Counted from the stretch's first letter, positions 17,664-28,360 are shown. The stretch is DNA of 64,000 nt from Candidatus Vogelbacteria bacterium RIFOXYD1_FULL_46_19 (GCA_001824825.1 MHTK01000006.1:252138-316137); one strand, 5' to 3'. The notes: generated by a model from the sequence alone, not told the origin. Translations and numbers: made by a program.

Positions 17664-20219
17664 TTATTTTCCGTGGCAATGTTTATACTTAACCGGCGTA
17701 CCGTCAGCCTTAGTGGCTCCACACGGACACGGGTCATTGCGACCCACTTTTGGCCAAGCTGAACCGACTGGGGCCGAATTGACGGACCTTGGCTTTTTAT
17801 TAACATCTCCTGCTAGTAGTGGGTCCGCCCCAGGTAGAGCCGAGATATCGGCGTGCACTTCCTGCATCGCTGGCACCTCGGTCGTTTTGATAGTAGTGCT
17901 AATATTAGGAAACAGTTTGATTACATCCACAAAAATCGACAGCTCTAAGTCTTTAAACATCCGCAAGCCTTCACGCTTAAACTCCACCAGCGGATCTCGC
18001 TGACCATAAGCCCGCAAACGGACACTACCTTTCATATACTCAATCGCCTCCAAGTGTTCCATCCAATACATATCGATCACCTGCAAAATCAAGTTTTTAG
18101 CACTGGTTATAAAATCTTCACCAGTCGTCGCTTCTTTGGACCCCAACAACTTTTTAATATTACCAGCCTCGTCCTCGGACAAATTCAAGCCTTCGATAGC
18201 GCGGTCAAAAAAAGCCAACACCGCTTCGCGGTTGCCGGCGAGCACCGCCTCACGCCTAGAGTACATCGTCACTCGCTGATGATTGACTACATCATCATAC
18301 TCCAGCAAGTGCTTACGCATATCAAAATTCATCCCTTCAATTTTGGTCTGAGCGGTTTCAATCGCCCGCGACACCATCCGATTTTGAATGGCCTCATCCT
18401 CCGGAATACCGAACCGGCCCATCATACTTTTAATTCGGTCAGACGCAAACACTCTCATTAAAGAATCTTCTAGTGACACAAAAAACTGCGTTTGACCCGG
18501 ATCACCCTGACGCCCCGACCGGCCACGTAACTGATTGTCAATACGTCTAGCTTCGTGACGCTCGGTACCCAAAACAAACAGGCCGCCCAAATTTTTTATC
18601 TCCTCGGCTTCAGCTTCGGTGGCCGTCGGGCCACCTAATTTAATGTCGACTCCGCGGCCAGCCATGTTGGTCGCAATCACCACAGCCCCCTTTTTACCGG
18701 CTGTCGCTGTGATTTCACCTTCGCGTTCATGATTCTTGGCATTCAATATCTCATGGGGAATACCTTCCTTTTTTAAATAGGCCGACAAGAGCTCATTGCG
18801 CTCAATAGAAACCGTGCCAATCAACACCGGCTGGCCTTTATCGTGTAGCTCTCGAACTCGCTGAGCCACCGCCTTGAACTTGCCGGCTTCGGTTTGGAAA
18901 ATCAAATCGTCAAAATCTTGGCGGGCCGGCTCTTTATTGGTCGGGATGACATACACATCCAAACCATAAACTTTCTCAAACTCTTCGCGCGAGGTCACAG
19001 CCGTCCCGGTCATACCGGACAATTTGTCGTACAGCCTAAAATAATTCTGCAAAGTAACTGAGCCGTAAGTGCGAGACTCTTGCTGAATCTTTACCCCCTC
19101 TTTAGCCTCCACGGCCTGATGCAAGCCTTCCGACCAACGACGCCCGGGTTGGAGCCGACCAGTAAATTCATCCACAATTATTACCTCACCTTCTCGCACC
19201 ACATAATCTTTCTCCCGCTGAAACAAAGCTTTGGCCCGGACAGCCGTTTCTAGGTGATGTACATACTTAATCCCTTTATCAGTATAAATATTATCAACCC
19301 CCAAAGCTTTTTCCGCTTTGGTGATACCCTCTTCAGTAATTAGGACCGACTTAAACTTATGATCAACCGTATAATCTTTATCCTCTTCAAACGAGCGCAC
19401 CATTTGAGAAAAAGTAGTGTAAAAATCTTCCGCTTCAGCGGTCGGGCCAGCGATAATCAGTGGCGTTCTAGACTCATCAATTAAAATCGAGTCGACCTCA
19501 TCCACAATGGCAAAATGATGCCGATCGGCCAAATTCTCCCGCTGTGACAGCTGGCTGGGATTATGGACCAGATTATCTCGCAAATAATCAAAACCGAAAG
19601 CATTGTTGGTGCCGTAAGTAATATCCGCCCCGTAAGAGGCGCGCCGAGGAGATGGGCGTAAAAATTCATACATCACTTTAAACGAGCCGACGGCGTCACG
19701 CTCTTCGTCAACCTCAGTATGGGTTTCATCGTAAAGAAAAGCTTCCTGCTGATTGACCACTCCGACTGATAGCCCTAGTTTGGAGTAAATTTGACCCATC
19801 CAGACCGCATCACGCCGAGCTAAGTAATCGTTAACCGTAACCACGTGAACACCACGGCCGGTCAAGGCGTTTAAATACACCGGTAAGGTAGCGACCAAAG
19901 TTTTACCTTCACCGGTCCGCATCTCAGCAATATTGCCCCGATGGAGAGCAATGCCACCTAAAAGTTGGACGTCAAAGTGGCGCTGTTTTAAAGTCCGAGC
20001 GGCCGCTTCCCGCACCACGGCAAAACTCTCAGGCAACAAATCATCCAAAGCTTCGCCGGCCACGAGCCGGGTCTTAAACTCGGCTGTTTTATTTTTTAAC
20101 GCCTCATCGGATAAAGCCTTCATCCCCTCCTCTAGGGAGTTTATTTCTTCAACCAAGGGCCGCAGCAGCTTTATTTGGCGATCGTCATAACGACTAAAAA
20201 GGGCTGGAAAAAATTTCAT
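17664..20219 (-). CDS. secA: preprotein translocase ATPase SecA
   Basis: 851 aa; DEAD-like motor motifs ('MRTGEGKTLVATL', 'IVDEVDSILIDESRTPLII'), C-terminal Zn-finger 'CPCGATKADGTPVKYKHCHGK'. Confidence 0.9.
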   Translation of the reverse strand: MKFFPALFSRYDDRQIKLLRPLVEEINSLEEGMKALSDEALKNKTAEFKTRLVAGEALDDLLPESFAVVREAAARTLKQRHFDVQLLGGIALHRGNIAEMRTGEGKTLVATLPVYLNALTGRGVHVVTVNDYLARRDAVWMGQIYSKLGLSVGVVNQQEAFLYDETHTEVDEERDAVGSFKVMYEFLRPSPRRASYGADITYGTNNAFGFDYLRDNLVHNPSQLSQRENLADRHHFAIVDEVDSILIDESRTPLIIAGPTAEAEDFYTTFSQMVRSFEEDKDYTVDHKFKSVLITEEGITKAEKALGVDNIYTDKGIKYVHHLETAVRAKALFQREKDYVVREGEVIIVDEFTGRLQPGRRWSEGLHQAVEAKEGVKIQQESRTYGSVTLQNYFRLYDKLSGMTGTAVTSREEFEKVYGLDVYVIPTNKEPARQDFDDLIFQTEAGKFKAVAQRVRELHDKGQPVLIGTVSIERNELLSAYLKKEGIPHEILNAKNHEREGEITATAGKKGAVVIATNMAGRGVDIKLGGPTATEAEAEEIKNLGGLFVLGTERHEARRIDNQLRGRSGRQGDPGQTQFFVSLEDSLMRVFASDRIKSMMGRFGIPEDEAIQNRMVSRAIETAQTKIEGMNFDMRKHLLEYDDVVNHQRVTMYSRREAVLAGNREAVLAFFDRAIEGLNLSEDEAGNIKKLLGSKEATTGEDFITSAKNLILQVIDMYWMEHLEAIEYMKGSVRLRAYGQRDPLVEFKREGLRMFKDLELSIFVDVIKLFPNISTTIKTTEVPAMQEVHADISALPGADPLLAGDVNKKPRSVNSAPVGSAWPKVGRNDPCPCGATKADGTPVKYKHCHGK

Positions 20220-20326
20220 ATTAAAGTGAGTTAGAGCCCTATCTTAGCATAAAATATAGGGTTTAAATAGACGGTAATTTTAGAGTTCTGGCTGTCTAAA
20301 TTTAGCTACTTATAAGTCCCTCAAAT

Positions 20327-20363
20327 GAAAAACCACTCCCTTTTTATCAGGGAGTGGTTTTTC
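20327..20363. terminator. bidirectional rho-independent terminator
   Basis: aaaaaccactccc-tttttatca-gggagtggttttt. Confidence 0.7.
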
Positions 20364-20370
20364 ATTTTAA

Positions 20371-20514
20371 CTAACGTCGCTTTTTAGCAGTCTTTCGCTT
20401 AGCGGTCTTCTTGACAGCTTTTTTAGCAGTCTTGCGCTTGGCGGTCTTCTTGACAGCTTTTCGCTTAGCTGGCTTCTTGGCTGCCTTTTTAGCGGCTCGT
20501 TTTTTTGTTGCCAT
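20371..20514 (-). CDS. 47-aa Lys/Ala-rich basic protein, histone H1/Hc1-like nucleoid protein (not in ORF track)
   Basis: Translation MATKKRAAKKAAKKPAKRKAVKKTAKRKTAKKAVKKTAKRKTAKKRR; internal 13-aa tandem repeat; followed by terminator 20327-20363. Confidence 0.55.
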   Translation of the reverse strand: MATKKRAAKKAAKKPAKRKAVKKTAKRKTAKKAVKKTAKRKTAKKRR

Positions 20515-20861
20515 ATTGAACTAAAAAATTATTTTTAAAATTTTGTAACAACGCTCGACCTTTTTGTTTCTGAATGTGTCGATAAAAAAATTTTTGTTGT
20601 TACATTACTTCTTATATTATCGTTTAAACAAAAAACTCTCACAATGTTTTTTGACAAAAAAATGTGGATAACTAAAAATTTATTTTACAAAAATAATTTT
20701 AGTAAATTTTTAAAAAAAGTTTTCTTTAAGTAAATTAATTTTTTATAGCTAATTAATTCTAAATTATAAAAATTTTTGGGACTTTAAATTCTTGTCGTCA
20801 TCATTAAATATTTTTTTAAACAAAAATCCCAAGCCAAGCGGTCGGGATTTTTGATTTTGCA

Positions 20862-20948
20862 ATTGCCGCCACTTACAGCCGGCGGGGGCGTAACTCCAAA
20901 GGCAAAATGTCTTAATGTGAGTGCAACCGCCGGCTATAAACACCGGCA
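20862..20948. promoter_or_regulatory. GC-rich nested-stem element inside an otherwise extremely AT-rich intergenic region
   Basis: Outer stem aattgccg/cggcaatt, inner stem agccggcgg/ccgccggct; upstream hairpin 20822-20853; located upstream (minus sense) of the H1-like gene. Confidence 0.3.
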
Positions 20949-21274
20949 ATTACTCACTCATCATAACCATTAATCAGTAAATCTGCAATTATTGGTCTGG
21001 AGGTATTATCTTCTAGGTCAGCTCGTGACCCCTCTGGTACAACAAAACCCGCTTGCGCGGGCTTTGTTGTAAGACATTTAAACTTTTGAAGTCGCTCATC
21101 TAGAATTAGAATAAGCAACACTCACATGAAGAGTCTAGCAGAAAAGGGACCAAATGTCAACCTCGTGAAATAAGCTATTGTAATATTGTACTTATATTTA
21201 GTATCCCGAATCACTATGAGCTTACAGTGAGACTTTTAAGCTACCTATTTCACAGGGTAAATCTCGGGGCTCTT

Positions 21275-23506
21275 TTAGTTCACCTTAACCAAGCCCTGCC
21301 GAATCGCCTGCATCAGTTTTTCCCCCTCCGTCTGGAAATCTGGATTGTTCTTAATTGTAAGCTCTAAAGTAGCGAGGGCCCCAGCCCGATCGCCGGCGGC
21401 GTACCGGCTCAGGGCATACTTCTGCCACACCTCAACGTTTTGGGGTTCGACCTCAGCTCGCTTGGACCAAATCTCGGACACAATGTCATAACGCTTGGAT
21501 CCGGCAAAAAAGTTGATAAAGCGATCATCCGGCACCGCGAGTCCCCCATAAACTGGGGTTAAAATTTCTACCGCCAAACTTTCCTGATCGGCCAAGAGCG
21601 CCATCAAAGCATAAATTTTACGGGCCTCATCATTGGCAGGCTCTAATTCAAACGACTCTTTAGCGGTCGCGAGAGCTTGCTCGGCTTTGCCCTGCAAGCT
21701 GTAGTAGGTAGCCAGTTGAGAGAGTAATGATTGCTTGGCGGGAGCAAAGGGGCGCGCTGTTTCCAATTCTTTAACAGCGAGGTCGAGGTTGCCGGCGCCA
21801 ACTAAAAACTGAGCGTAAATAATTCTTTGACGAACAGCAGTCGGATTATCAGCCAAATGCTCACTCATTTTAACTTCGACTAAACTCACAAATTCCTGTT
21901 TCAAACCGTCAGACACCGCCTGATTTCTAAATAGTCCACTGCCCACACTCATTAGTTGCTCCAAAGCTTCCACCTGACCCACACTTCGATAGTCGAAGAC
22001 TTGCTTAAAAGAAGCCAAACTGTCGTCAAAGCGACCTTCTCTAGCTCCTTGTAAAGCTTGGAGTAACCGACTGGCCGCGAAAGTCGGTTTGATAACCGCG
22101 AAGTAAGCGGAGCTGGCCAATAAGACCAAAGCTAAGACGGCGACTAAGATATGATGGGCCGGCAAAACGGAAGAGGCTGACTTTTTCTTTTTAACTAAAG
22201 CGTCATCACTAGTCTCGATTGTTATAAAAGCAATCAACGCTAGAACAGCTAGAAAGAGAGAGTAACTAATGACATTGTCAAAAATAAAAAAGTTTTGAAA
22301 ACCATAAGCCGCGAGTAACCCGAGTAGAACTGCCCGCTCCCAGGCTAATTCAACGTCTCCTTGGTTTTTAGCCACTCCGGGCTTTAGGAGATAAAAAATA
22401 GCCAAAGCAAACATCAATAAGTACAGTCCCAAGCCCACTAGCCCACCAGCTACCAGCCAGTCCAAGAAAACATTGTGACTACGATCAAACCATGGCTCTT
22501 GGCCGTACATTCCAGGGTCATAGTACTTATTAAAAACTAATTGAAAATTTCCCGGTCCCCAACCTAGAATTGGTTGCTCCTTGACTCCCTCCAGCGACAT
22601 CCCCCAAACCATAAACCGAGCCTTGACCGTATTGTCCTCTAAAGAAATATTAGCAATACGGGCCAGCTCTGGGGTATTTTGAACTAGAGCACTGTCCCGA
22701 CTAAGCCAGAAGGCTCCAGCTATCGCAAGGAGAGCAATCAGCGCCCCAGCGCCCCAGCGCCGGAAAGCCGGCTGGTGTCGACTGACCAGAACTAGAGCCA
22801 CGATTATAGCCAGGCCAATACCACCTATTAAACCTAAAATGGCCCCACGAGTTTCCGACTGCATGACCATAAATACTTGCAGGACCATAACGGCGATATA
22901 AACATAGCGCCACAGTTTGTCCGGCCAAGCCTTAACCAATAAGTAAGCCGTCACAAAAAACACCATCATCATATAGCCCCCAAAATAACCAGCATTACCT
23001 AAAGTCGAGTCCACCCGCACACTGCCTTGCATAATTTCATAAACGCCCAAAAGCTGCATCAGACCATAACCGGCCACCAATATACTAGCCACCACATTGG
23101 TATTTAAAAACCAAACCCACAATTTTTCAGTCTTCAAAACGGACACTAAAACAATAAAATAAGCCAGTAAATGCAGGTGAGTGACCACCCCTTCCATCCG
23201 CTCGAAGTTACTCCAAAAGCTCCGGGCCGGTTCCTCCCCCACGAGAGCTGCTACCGCCATAAAGCCAAAGGTCCCCACGACGGCGTAAAGGAGAGCTGAT
23301 CGCCGAGGCCGATACTCTTTATTAGTCGCTGCCAGCACCAACCAAGCAAAAAAGATAACTTCCACCACCAGCCGAAACACCAACGCCTTACCCGTGATGT
23401 AAGGAAAAAATAACGAATTAGCCACATACAAAACAATGAAGGGCACCACAAAAATACCCGCCAGCACCAGCGGCCGCAAAACATTTTCCAAGGTTTTAAT
23501 ATTCAT
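21275..23506 (-). CDS. O-antigen ligase/polymerase-like membrane protein (Wzy_C family) with C-terminal TPR repeats
   Basis: 743 aa; ~12 predicted TM helices in N-terminal 430 aa; C-terminal ~300 aa of TPR-like helical repeats. Confidence 0.55.
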   Translation of the reverse strand: MNIKTLENVLRPLVLAGIFVVPFIVLYVANSLFFPYITGKALVFRLVVEVIFFAWLVLAATNKEYRPRRSALLYAVVGTFGFMAVAALVGEEPARSFWSNFERMEGVVTHLHLLAYFIVLVSVLKTEKLWVWFLNTNVVASILVAGYGLMQLLGVYEIMQGSVRVDSTLGNAGYFGGYMMMVFFVTAYLLVKAWPDKLWRYVYIAVMVLQVFMVMQSETRGAILGLIGGIGLAIIVALVLVSRHQPAFRRWGAGALIALLAIAGAFWLSRDSALVQNTPELARIANISLEDNTVKARFMVWGMSLEGVKEQPILGWGPGNFQLVFNKYYDPGMYGQEPWFDRSHNVFLDWLVAGGLVGLGLYLLMFALAIFYLLKPGVAKNQGDVELAWERAVLLGLLAAYGFQNFFIFDNVISYSLFLAVLALIAFITIETSDDALVKKKKSASSVLPAHHILVAVLALVLLASSAYFAVIKPTFAASRLLQALQGAREGRFDDSLASFKQVFDYRSVGQVEALEQLMSVGSGLFRNQAVSDGLKQEFVSLVEVKMSEHLADNPTAVRQRIIYAQFLVGAGNLDLAVKELETARPFAPAKQSLLSQLATYYSLQGKAEQALATAKESFELEPANDEARKIYALMALLADQESLAVEILTPVYGGLAVPDDRFINFFAGSKRYDIVSEIWSKRAEVEPQNVEVWQKYALSRYAAGDRAGALATLELTIKNNPDFQTEGEKLMQAIRQGLVKVN

Positions 23507-23558
23507 ACTTAGTAATTTAGCACAGCCTAAGCCCTAGTAAAAGAGCCGATTTTGACTT

Positions 23559-24878
23559 ATGATTCAACCATCTTTACCTATGAAAATACCAGATCACCTA
23601 GATAACTTAAAGGGCCAGTTTAAATCTTTACTAGTCTGGAGTCAAAAATATACGAAAACGGACATGGTCTACCTGGCTAAGGGTGGATTTTGGCTAACCG
23701 CGAGTCAAGGGGTTTCAATTTTAGCTGGCTTTATATTGCTAGTTTCTTTTGCCAACCTACTGCCAACAGAAACCTACGGCACCTACCGTTACATATTAGC
23801 CATCTTGGGAGTAATAGTCATCGGAACCTTTCCAGGGATTAATGTAGTATCCATTAAAACTGTCGCCGAAGAAAATGAAGAGCAGTACTGGCAACTACTA
23901 TCTAAAAAGGCTTTATTCTCTCTATTGAGCAGCTTACTGTCTTTCCTAACATCAGTTTACTATTTACTTAATCACAACGAAATCCTTTCCCTGGCTTTTC
24001 TAATTGTCGGATTTGGCCTACCTCTCGTCTACACCTCCGGCATGTATGAAGCTTTATTGTACGGCCGAAAAAATTTCAAACGAGCCGCTCAGTTAAACAT
24101 GTTAAATAAGATAATAGTTACCGCCTTCTTGGTCCTAACGGTATACTTCACGGACAATATCATAATCTTGATTCTGGCATATTTCATCCCCGAAACCATT
24201 ATCCAGACAATCTACCTCACCTACTTTTTTAAAAAAAGACCTACTGGAGGAGCTCCCAGCACTAATAACCAGCTAACAAAGTTTGGTATCCACCTAAGTA
24301 TGATGGATGTTCTAAAGACAGTAGCAGGTCAAATAGACAAAATGTTAGTCTTCCACTATTTAGGCGCCACCCAGTTGGCAATTTACGCCATTGCGACAAC
24401 TCCCCCCAGCCAAATAAAAAACCTAATGCAAAATCTAACTACTCTGGCTTTCCCTAAAATGAGCACAGCCACAGCTGACAGTCTCCGAGAGACTCTGCCA
24501 AATAAGTTATTCCGGTTAGAAATGGTAATTATAGGTTTAATTATAATCTACTGGCTAGCGGCACCAGTGTTTTTCCCTCTGTTTTTTCCCAAATACGTAG
24601 GCGCCATTTTGTTGTCTCAAGTCTATGCGCTGTCTCTAATATTTTTCCCTAGAACTTTTTTATCTACCGCCATGACAGCCCAACTTAAACAAAAAGAGCT
24701 TTATTTTATAAGAATCATTGCCCCCACCTTGAGGATAATTATATTTTTACTAGTTTTACCTATTTGGGGAATGTGGGGAGCGGTTATTGGCTCAATAGTG
24801 GGTAATGCTTTAACCTCTCTTATTTATACCTATTTTTTTGCTAAAGCTTTTCCCAAGACTACACCTCCTCTCTCGTAA
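23559..24878 (+). CDS. oligosaccharide flippase (Wzx / polysaccharide biosynthesis protein family)
   Basis: 439 aa, ~12-14 TM helices, length and topology typical of Wzx; one of only three plus-strand CDS in the window (with 64-1059), divergent from the Wzy-like gene. Confidence 0.55.
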   Translation: MIQPSLPMKIPDHLDNLKGQFKSLLVWSQKYTKTDMVYLAKGGFWLTASQGVSILAGFILLVSFANLLPTETYGTYRYILAILGVIVIGTFPGINVVSIKTVAEENEEQYWQLLSKKALFSLLSSLLSFLTSVYYLLNHNEILSLAFLIVGFGLPLVYTSGMYEALLYGRKNFKRAAQLNMLNKIIVTAFLVLTVYFTDNIIILILAYFIPETIIQTIYLTYFFKKRPTGGAPSTNNQLTKFGIHLSMMDVLKTVAGQIDKMLVFHYLGATQLAIYAIATTPPSQIKNLMQNLTTLAFPKMSTATADSLRETLPNKLFRLEMVIIGLIIIYWLAAPVFFPLFFPKYVGAILLSQVYALSLIFFPRTFLSTAMTAQLKQKELYFIRIIAPTLRIIIFLLVLPIWGMWGAVIGSIVGNALTSLIYTYFFAKAFPKTTPPLS

Positions 24879-25644
24879 ACAAACTATGCTTTGGATAATT
24901 CCACAACAAATCTATTAAGACCATCAAAATAGCTAATAATGTATAGACAATGTAAATAACCTCTCCAACGGGCTTGTTGAAAAAGTGTGTCCAAACGAGA
25001 AGAACATACCAGATCCACACCCAGTCATAAATCATAAAAACCAAGTATCGAACCCATCGAACAGGTCGTAGTTTTACTTTCTGAGTTTCCCGACCAAAGT
25101 CAACTATATCTTTCTCATGTCCTTCCAAATTGATTTTAAAGCGAATATGATGACGAACCTTGCCACTAATTTTATGCATGGCCATTAGGAACCCGAGCAA
25201 GGTTGACCCCAGTAGAAAGCTCAAGGAACTCGAGACAACAAAAAAGAAAAGTCCAATTATGAAATATAGAGCCAAAACATAAAGTAAGTGATATACAATA
25301 TCATAGTAAATACCCCGCTGACTAAATCGTTGCTGTATTCTGGCTAGTTCCCCATCTATTTTGTCTAAAATTGCACTTACAAATAACACCAAAAGCTGTA
25401 TAAGCACCACAAGATACGGATCAAGATATTCAACCACTAAACCTAAAATTATGGCCACTAAAACCGAAATAATAGCCAAAAGAGACACGTGGTTTGGTCT
25501 AACTGTAGGAAAAAATTTAGTTAAAAAACAACTCACGGAGAAAGAAATCATCCGTTGAAAACGATAAATAAAACTGCTCGAATTAATTTTTTCCAGCTTT
25601 ACTCCTAGGGCTTTGGTTTTTAATTCTTGATTATCTAACTGCAT
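24859..25644 (-). CDS. CDP-alcohol phosphatidyltransferase family membrane protein
   Basis: 261 aa; 'DKIDGELARIQQRFSQRGIYYDIVYH' fits D-x2-D-G-x2-A-R-x8-G-x3-D motif (last D replaced by H). Confidence 0.5.
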   Translation of the reverse strand: MQLDNQELKTKALGVKLEKINSSSFIYRFQRMISFSVSCFLTKFFPTVRPNHVSLLAIISVLVAIILGLVVEYLDPYLVVLIQLLVLFVSAILDKIDGELARIQQRFSQRGIYYDIVYHLLYVLALYFIIGLFFFVVSSSLSFLLGSTLLGFLMAMHKISGKVRHHIRFKINLEGHEKDIVDFGRETQKVKLRPVRWVRYLVFMIYDWVWIWYVLLVWTHFFNKPVGEVIYIVYTLLAILMVLIDLLWNYPKHSLFTREEV

Positions 25645-26735
25645 AATATATTTTCTATTTTAGTTATTACAACACCCAAAGAGTGTCCTTGGATTACGGT
25701 TTGTCTGGCATTATGTCCCAATTCATGTCTAAGTCTTTCGTTAATCACTAATTGGTAAAGCTTTGATAAAAACTCATCTTGACCACCAGCGATTGTTAAA
25801 TATCCGTTCTGTTCATTTACAATAACAGACCTTAAGCTTAGAACGTCGGTTGAAACTACCGGCAAACCATAACTCATCGCTTCAAGTACAGCGTTCGGAG
25901 AACCTTCGCTATAAGATGCAAAAACAAAAATATTGGAATCCCGGTAAACCCTATCTAGTTCTCTAGGTAAGCATTTGCCTAAGAACTTAACATGGTTACT
26001 GACCCCACGCAATTCAGTATATTTTACCAGCTCCTGACTCAATTTTCCCGTCCCTACTAAATCAAGTTCCACCTGAGCAGCTGGGTATCGCTCCAGCAAT
26101 AACGCAATAATATCGATCAAAAATCTCTGATTTTTATTCTCATTATTCATGGACCCAACGTGTAATATTTTAACTAACGAATTTCCACATTCAGCAGTAA
26201 GTTGTGGGATAAATACTCCATTTTGAATAACTTCTATTTTGCCTTTATGAAAAGGCTGATAAGTAATTAGGCTTTCAGCAACTCCCGGAGAAACAGCGAT
26301 AATTTTATTTACAAAAAAATTAAATACTAGGTCAAAAACCTTTACCTTAAAACTTTTGCGATCAGCCATACCAGATTCCCTAATTACGATTCTACAATTA
26401 GGAAAAATTATTTTGCAAATTTTAGAAACTAGATTTGCCTGGTCAAGAGTAGAATATATGACAGTTGGCCGCACTTCTCTTAAAAGAGCGATGAGGGCCC
26501 TGAATTCTCTAAAATTCCAAACCGAGAGTAACCAAATCTGCTCGAAACGTACCTGATCATTTAATTCATTTTTTAAGTCGACATCAACTTGATTCTTATT
26601 TAGAACCACCAAACTAACCTGGTGCCCTCTGGACACCAAAGCATTGGCCTGGGACACAAAAACTCTTTCAGCCCCGCCTATTAACAGATCATTAATAATC
26701 ATAACTATTCGACATTGGGGTATTTTATTGGTCAT
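25635..26735 (-). CDS. glycosyltransferase family 4
   Basis: 366 aa; C-terminal 'GSPNAVLEAMSYGLPVVSTDV' GT4 EX7E region. Confidence 0.7.
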   Translation of the reverse strand: MTNKIPQCRIVMIINDLLIGGAERVFVSQANALVSRGHQVSLVVLNKNQVDVDLKNELNDQVRFEQIWLLSVWNFREFRALIALLREVRPTVIYSTLDQANLVSKICKIIFPNCRIVIRESGMADRKSFKVKVFDLVFNFFVNKIIAVSPGVAESLITYQPFHKGKIEVIQNGVFIPQLTAECGNSLVKILHVGSMNNENKNQRFLIDIIALLLERYPAAQVELDLVGTGKLSQELVKYTELRGVSNHVKFLGKCLPRELDRVYRDSNIFVFASYSEGSPNAVLEAMSYGLPVVSTDVLSLRSVIVNEQNGYLTIAGGQDEFLSKLYQLVINERLRHELGHNARQTVIQGHSLGVVITKIENILCS

Positions 26736-27414
26736 CTGATTTCACTAAAATAGCCCAAAATTCTCCCCACACCACCCGGTGCTTGTCTATTTTCCATCCC
26801 GCCGCCGCCAGTTCCTCTTCAATTGTTTCTAGTCGATACTCTAGGCGGTGAGTGATGTCGAGTCGATACTCGAGTCCACACTCTTTTTTATATACGGTCA
26901 GCCAGTCCCTATCCTCCATCGGCACCCTAAACAAAATAGTATTACTTATCCGACGAAGAACCTTGAGAAGATTCACCCGATCATCAATATGCTCCAAAAC
27001 ATTCGACAAAATAATCTTATCAAACTGACCAGGAAATTTATAAGTCGTGACATCCCCTAGAACAAATTCGAGGTTAGAATGTTGGTAGTGATTCCGAGCA
27101 TAATTAATATTTTTTTCTGAAAAATCAATTCCCACTACTTTTTTTGCCTTTTGCGCAACTTTATAAGACAGCAGCCCAATACCACAACCAACATCTAACA
27201 CCGAGTCATCTGATTCAACCTGATCGACAAAAAATTTATGATATTGGGTAATTCGATGTTTTGGGTGGAACCCTCCCTCCAAGATACTGGCAAGCTCAGC
27301 AATTTTGTGATGGCAGTAATTATGACACCTAGCCAAGAGGTTAATTATCATCCGCACCAACGTAGGGTGCTTATATACCTGTTTTTTAATATAATCTTTA
27401 ATCATTTTAGTCAC
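26725..27414 (-). CDS. class I SAM-dependent methyltransferase
   Basis: 229 aa; motif I 'VLDVGCGIGLLS', motif post-I 'VVGIDFS'. Confidence 0.65.
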   Translation of the reverse strand: MTKMIKDYIKKQVYKHPTLVRMIINLLARCHNYCHHKIAELASILEGGFHPKHRITQYHKFFVDQVESDDSVLDVGCGIGLLSYKVAQKAKKVVGIDFSEKNINYARNHYQHSNLEFVLGDVTTYKFPGQFDKIILSNVLEHIDDRVNLLKVLRRISNTILFRVPMEDRDWLTVYKKECGLEYRLDITHRLEYRLETIEEELAAAGWKIDKHRVVWGEFWAILVKSDDQ

Positions 27415-28360
27415 TACTTTTTTGCCTATATTCTTTTAAAGTCACCCCCTCTATTCCCTTCTCTACCACAAAAGAAAACAGATCTTCTAGTTTTTGGTAC
27501 GTTCTATCAACATCATCAGTAGTCTTAGCATACTTACTGCCACCAGGCATCAACTCGCTCGAATGGATCATAAATTGAATTACCGGCAATTTATTGTGAA
27601 TAGCTGATTTAACAATAGACTCCAAATCCCTTTTTGTAGTTTCAGGAAAAATGCGCAAGGGCCTGATCCTGAAGATTAATTTATTAAAAACCCTTTTTAT
27701 AAAACCTTCAAGCCATTGATTATATAATTTAAGAAATAAACCATTCTCTTTAATCAGAAGATTGGTAGAGACCACTGTTAAGGGAACCTCGAGTATACCC
27801 TCTCTGTCATAAGGATAGAGTGACTCTCTACTATAATCTGGTCCGCCTTCTTTATTCGGATCACCCCTGGTCGTACGCCAAGATATTTTAGGCGTCACAG
27901 AGCAGTCAATTAAATATCCTTGTCTAACAATTTCTTTAGCCACCCGATCATCAAAGCCCCAACGACCAGCCCGGAAACTTACCGGCTGTCCAAAATTTTT
28001 CGCGACAATCTGAGTTAAGGCAGCTACTTTATCCTTCAACTCACTATCAGATAATTCGTGGGGAAAGCGGTGGGCAATCCTTTCATAGTCTCTATCCAAA
28101 ATAAAAGGCGGAGTAGTCCAAGGGTGGAGATGTGCCCCAATTTCTGCCCCTTCATCTTGAAAGGACCGGAGCAGAGAAACCGATCGTGAGTCGGCGGCTA
28201 CTTCATAAGTAACAAGATAAGTTGGCGGCAAACCAAAACGCTGACAAAGTTCCTGGAAACGAGGTAAAAGATAAATATTATCCACTTTTTCACCAGAGGG
28301 ACGTGCCCACTGATTGTCTGCCTCGGTATCAACTGTAATAATAAATTTTGTTTTAAACAT
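27407..28360 (-). CDS. polysaccharide deacetylase-like protein (CE4-related), uncertain
   Basis: 317 aa; N-terminal 'FIITVDTEAD' and 'GAHLHPW' resemble divergent polysaccharide-deacetylase family. Confidence 0.4.
   Translation of the reverse strand: MFKTKFIITVDTEADNQWARPSGEKVDNIYLLPRFQELCQRFGLPPTYLVTYEVAADSRSVSLLRSFQDEGAEIGAHLHPWTTPPFILDRDYERIAHRFPHELSDSELKDKVAALTQIVAKNFGQPVSFRAGRWGFDDRVAKEIVRQGYLIDCSVTPKISWRTTRGDPNKEGGPDYSRESLYPYDREGILEVPLTVVSTNLLIKENGLFLKLYNQWLEGFIKRVFNKLIFRIRPLRIFPETTKRDLESIVKSAIHNKLPVIQFMIHSSELMPGGSKYAKTTDDVDRTYQKLEDLFSFVVEKGIEGVTLKEYRQKSSD

Noticed and set aside
20764-20949. 61-aa minus-strand ORF
   Set aside because: It overlaps the nested-stem structured element, is AT-rich with poor coding quality and has no RBS.
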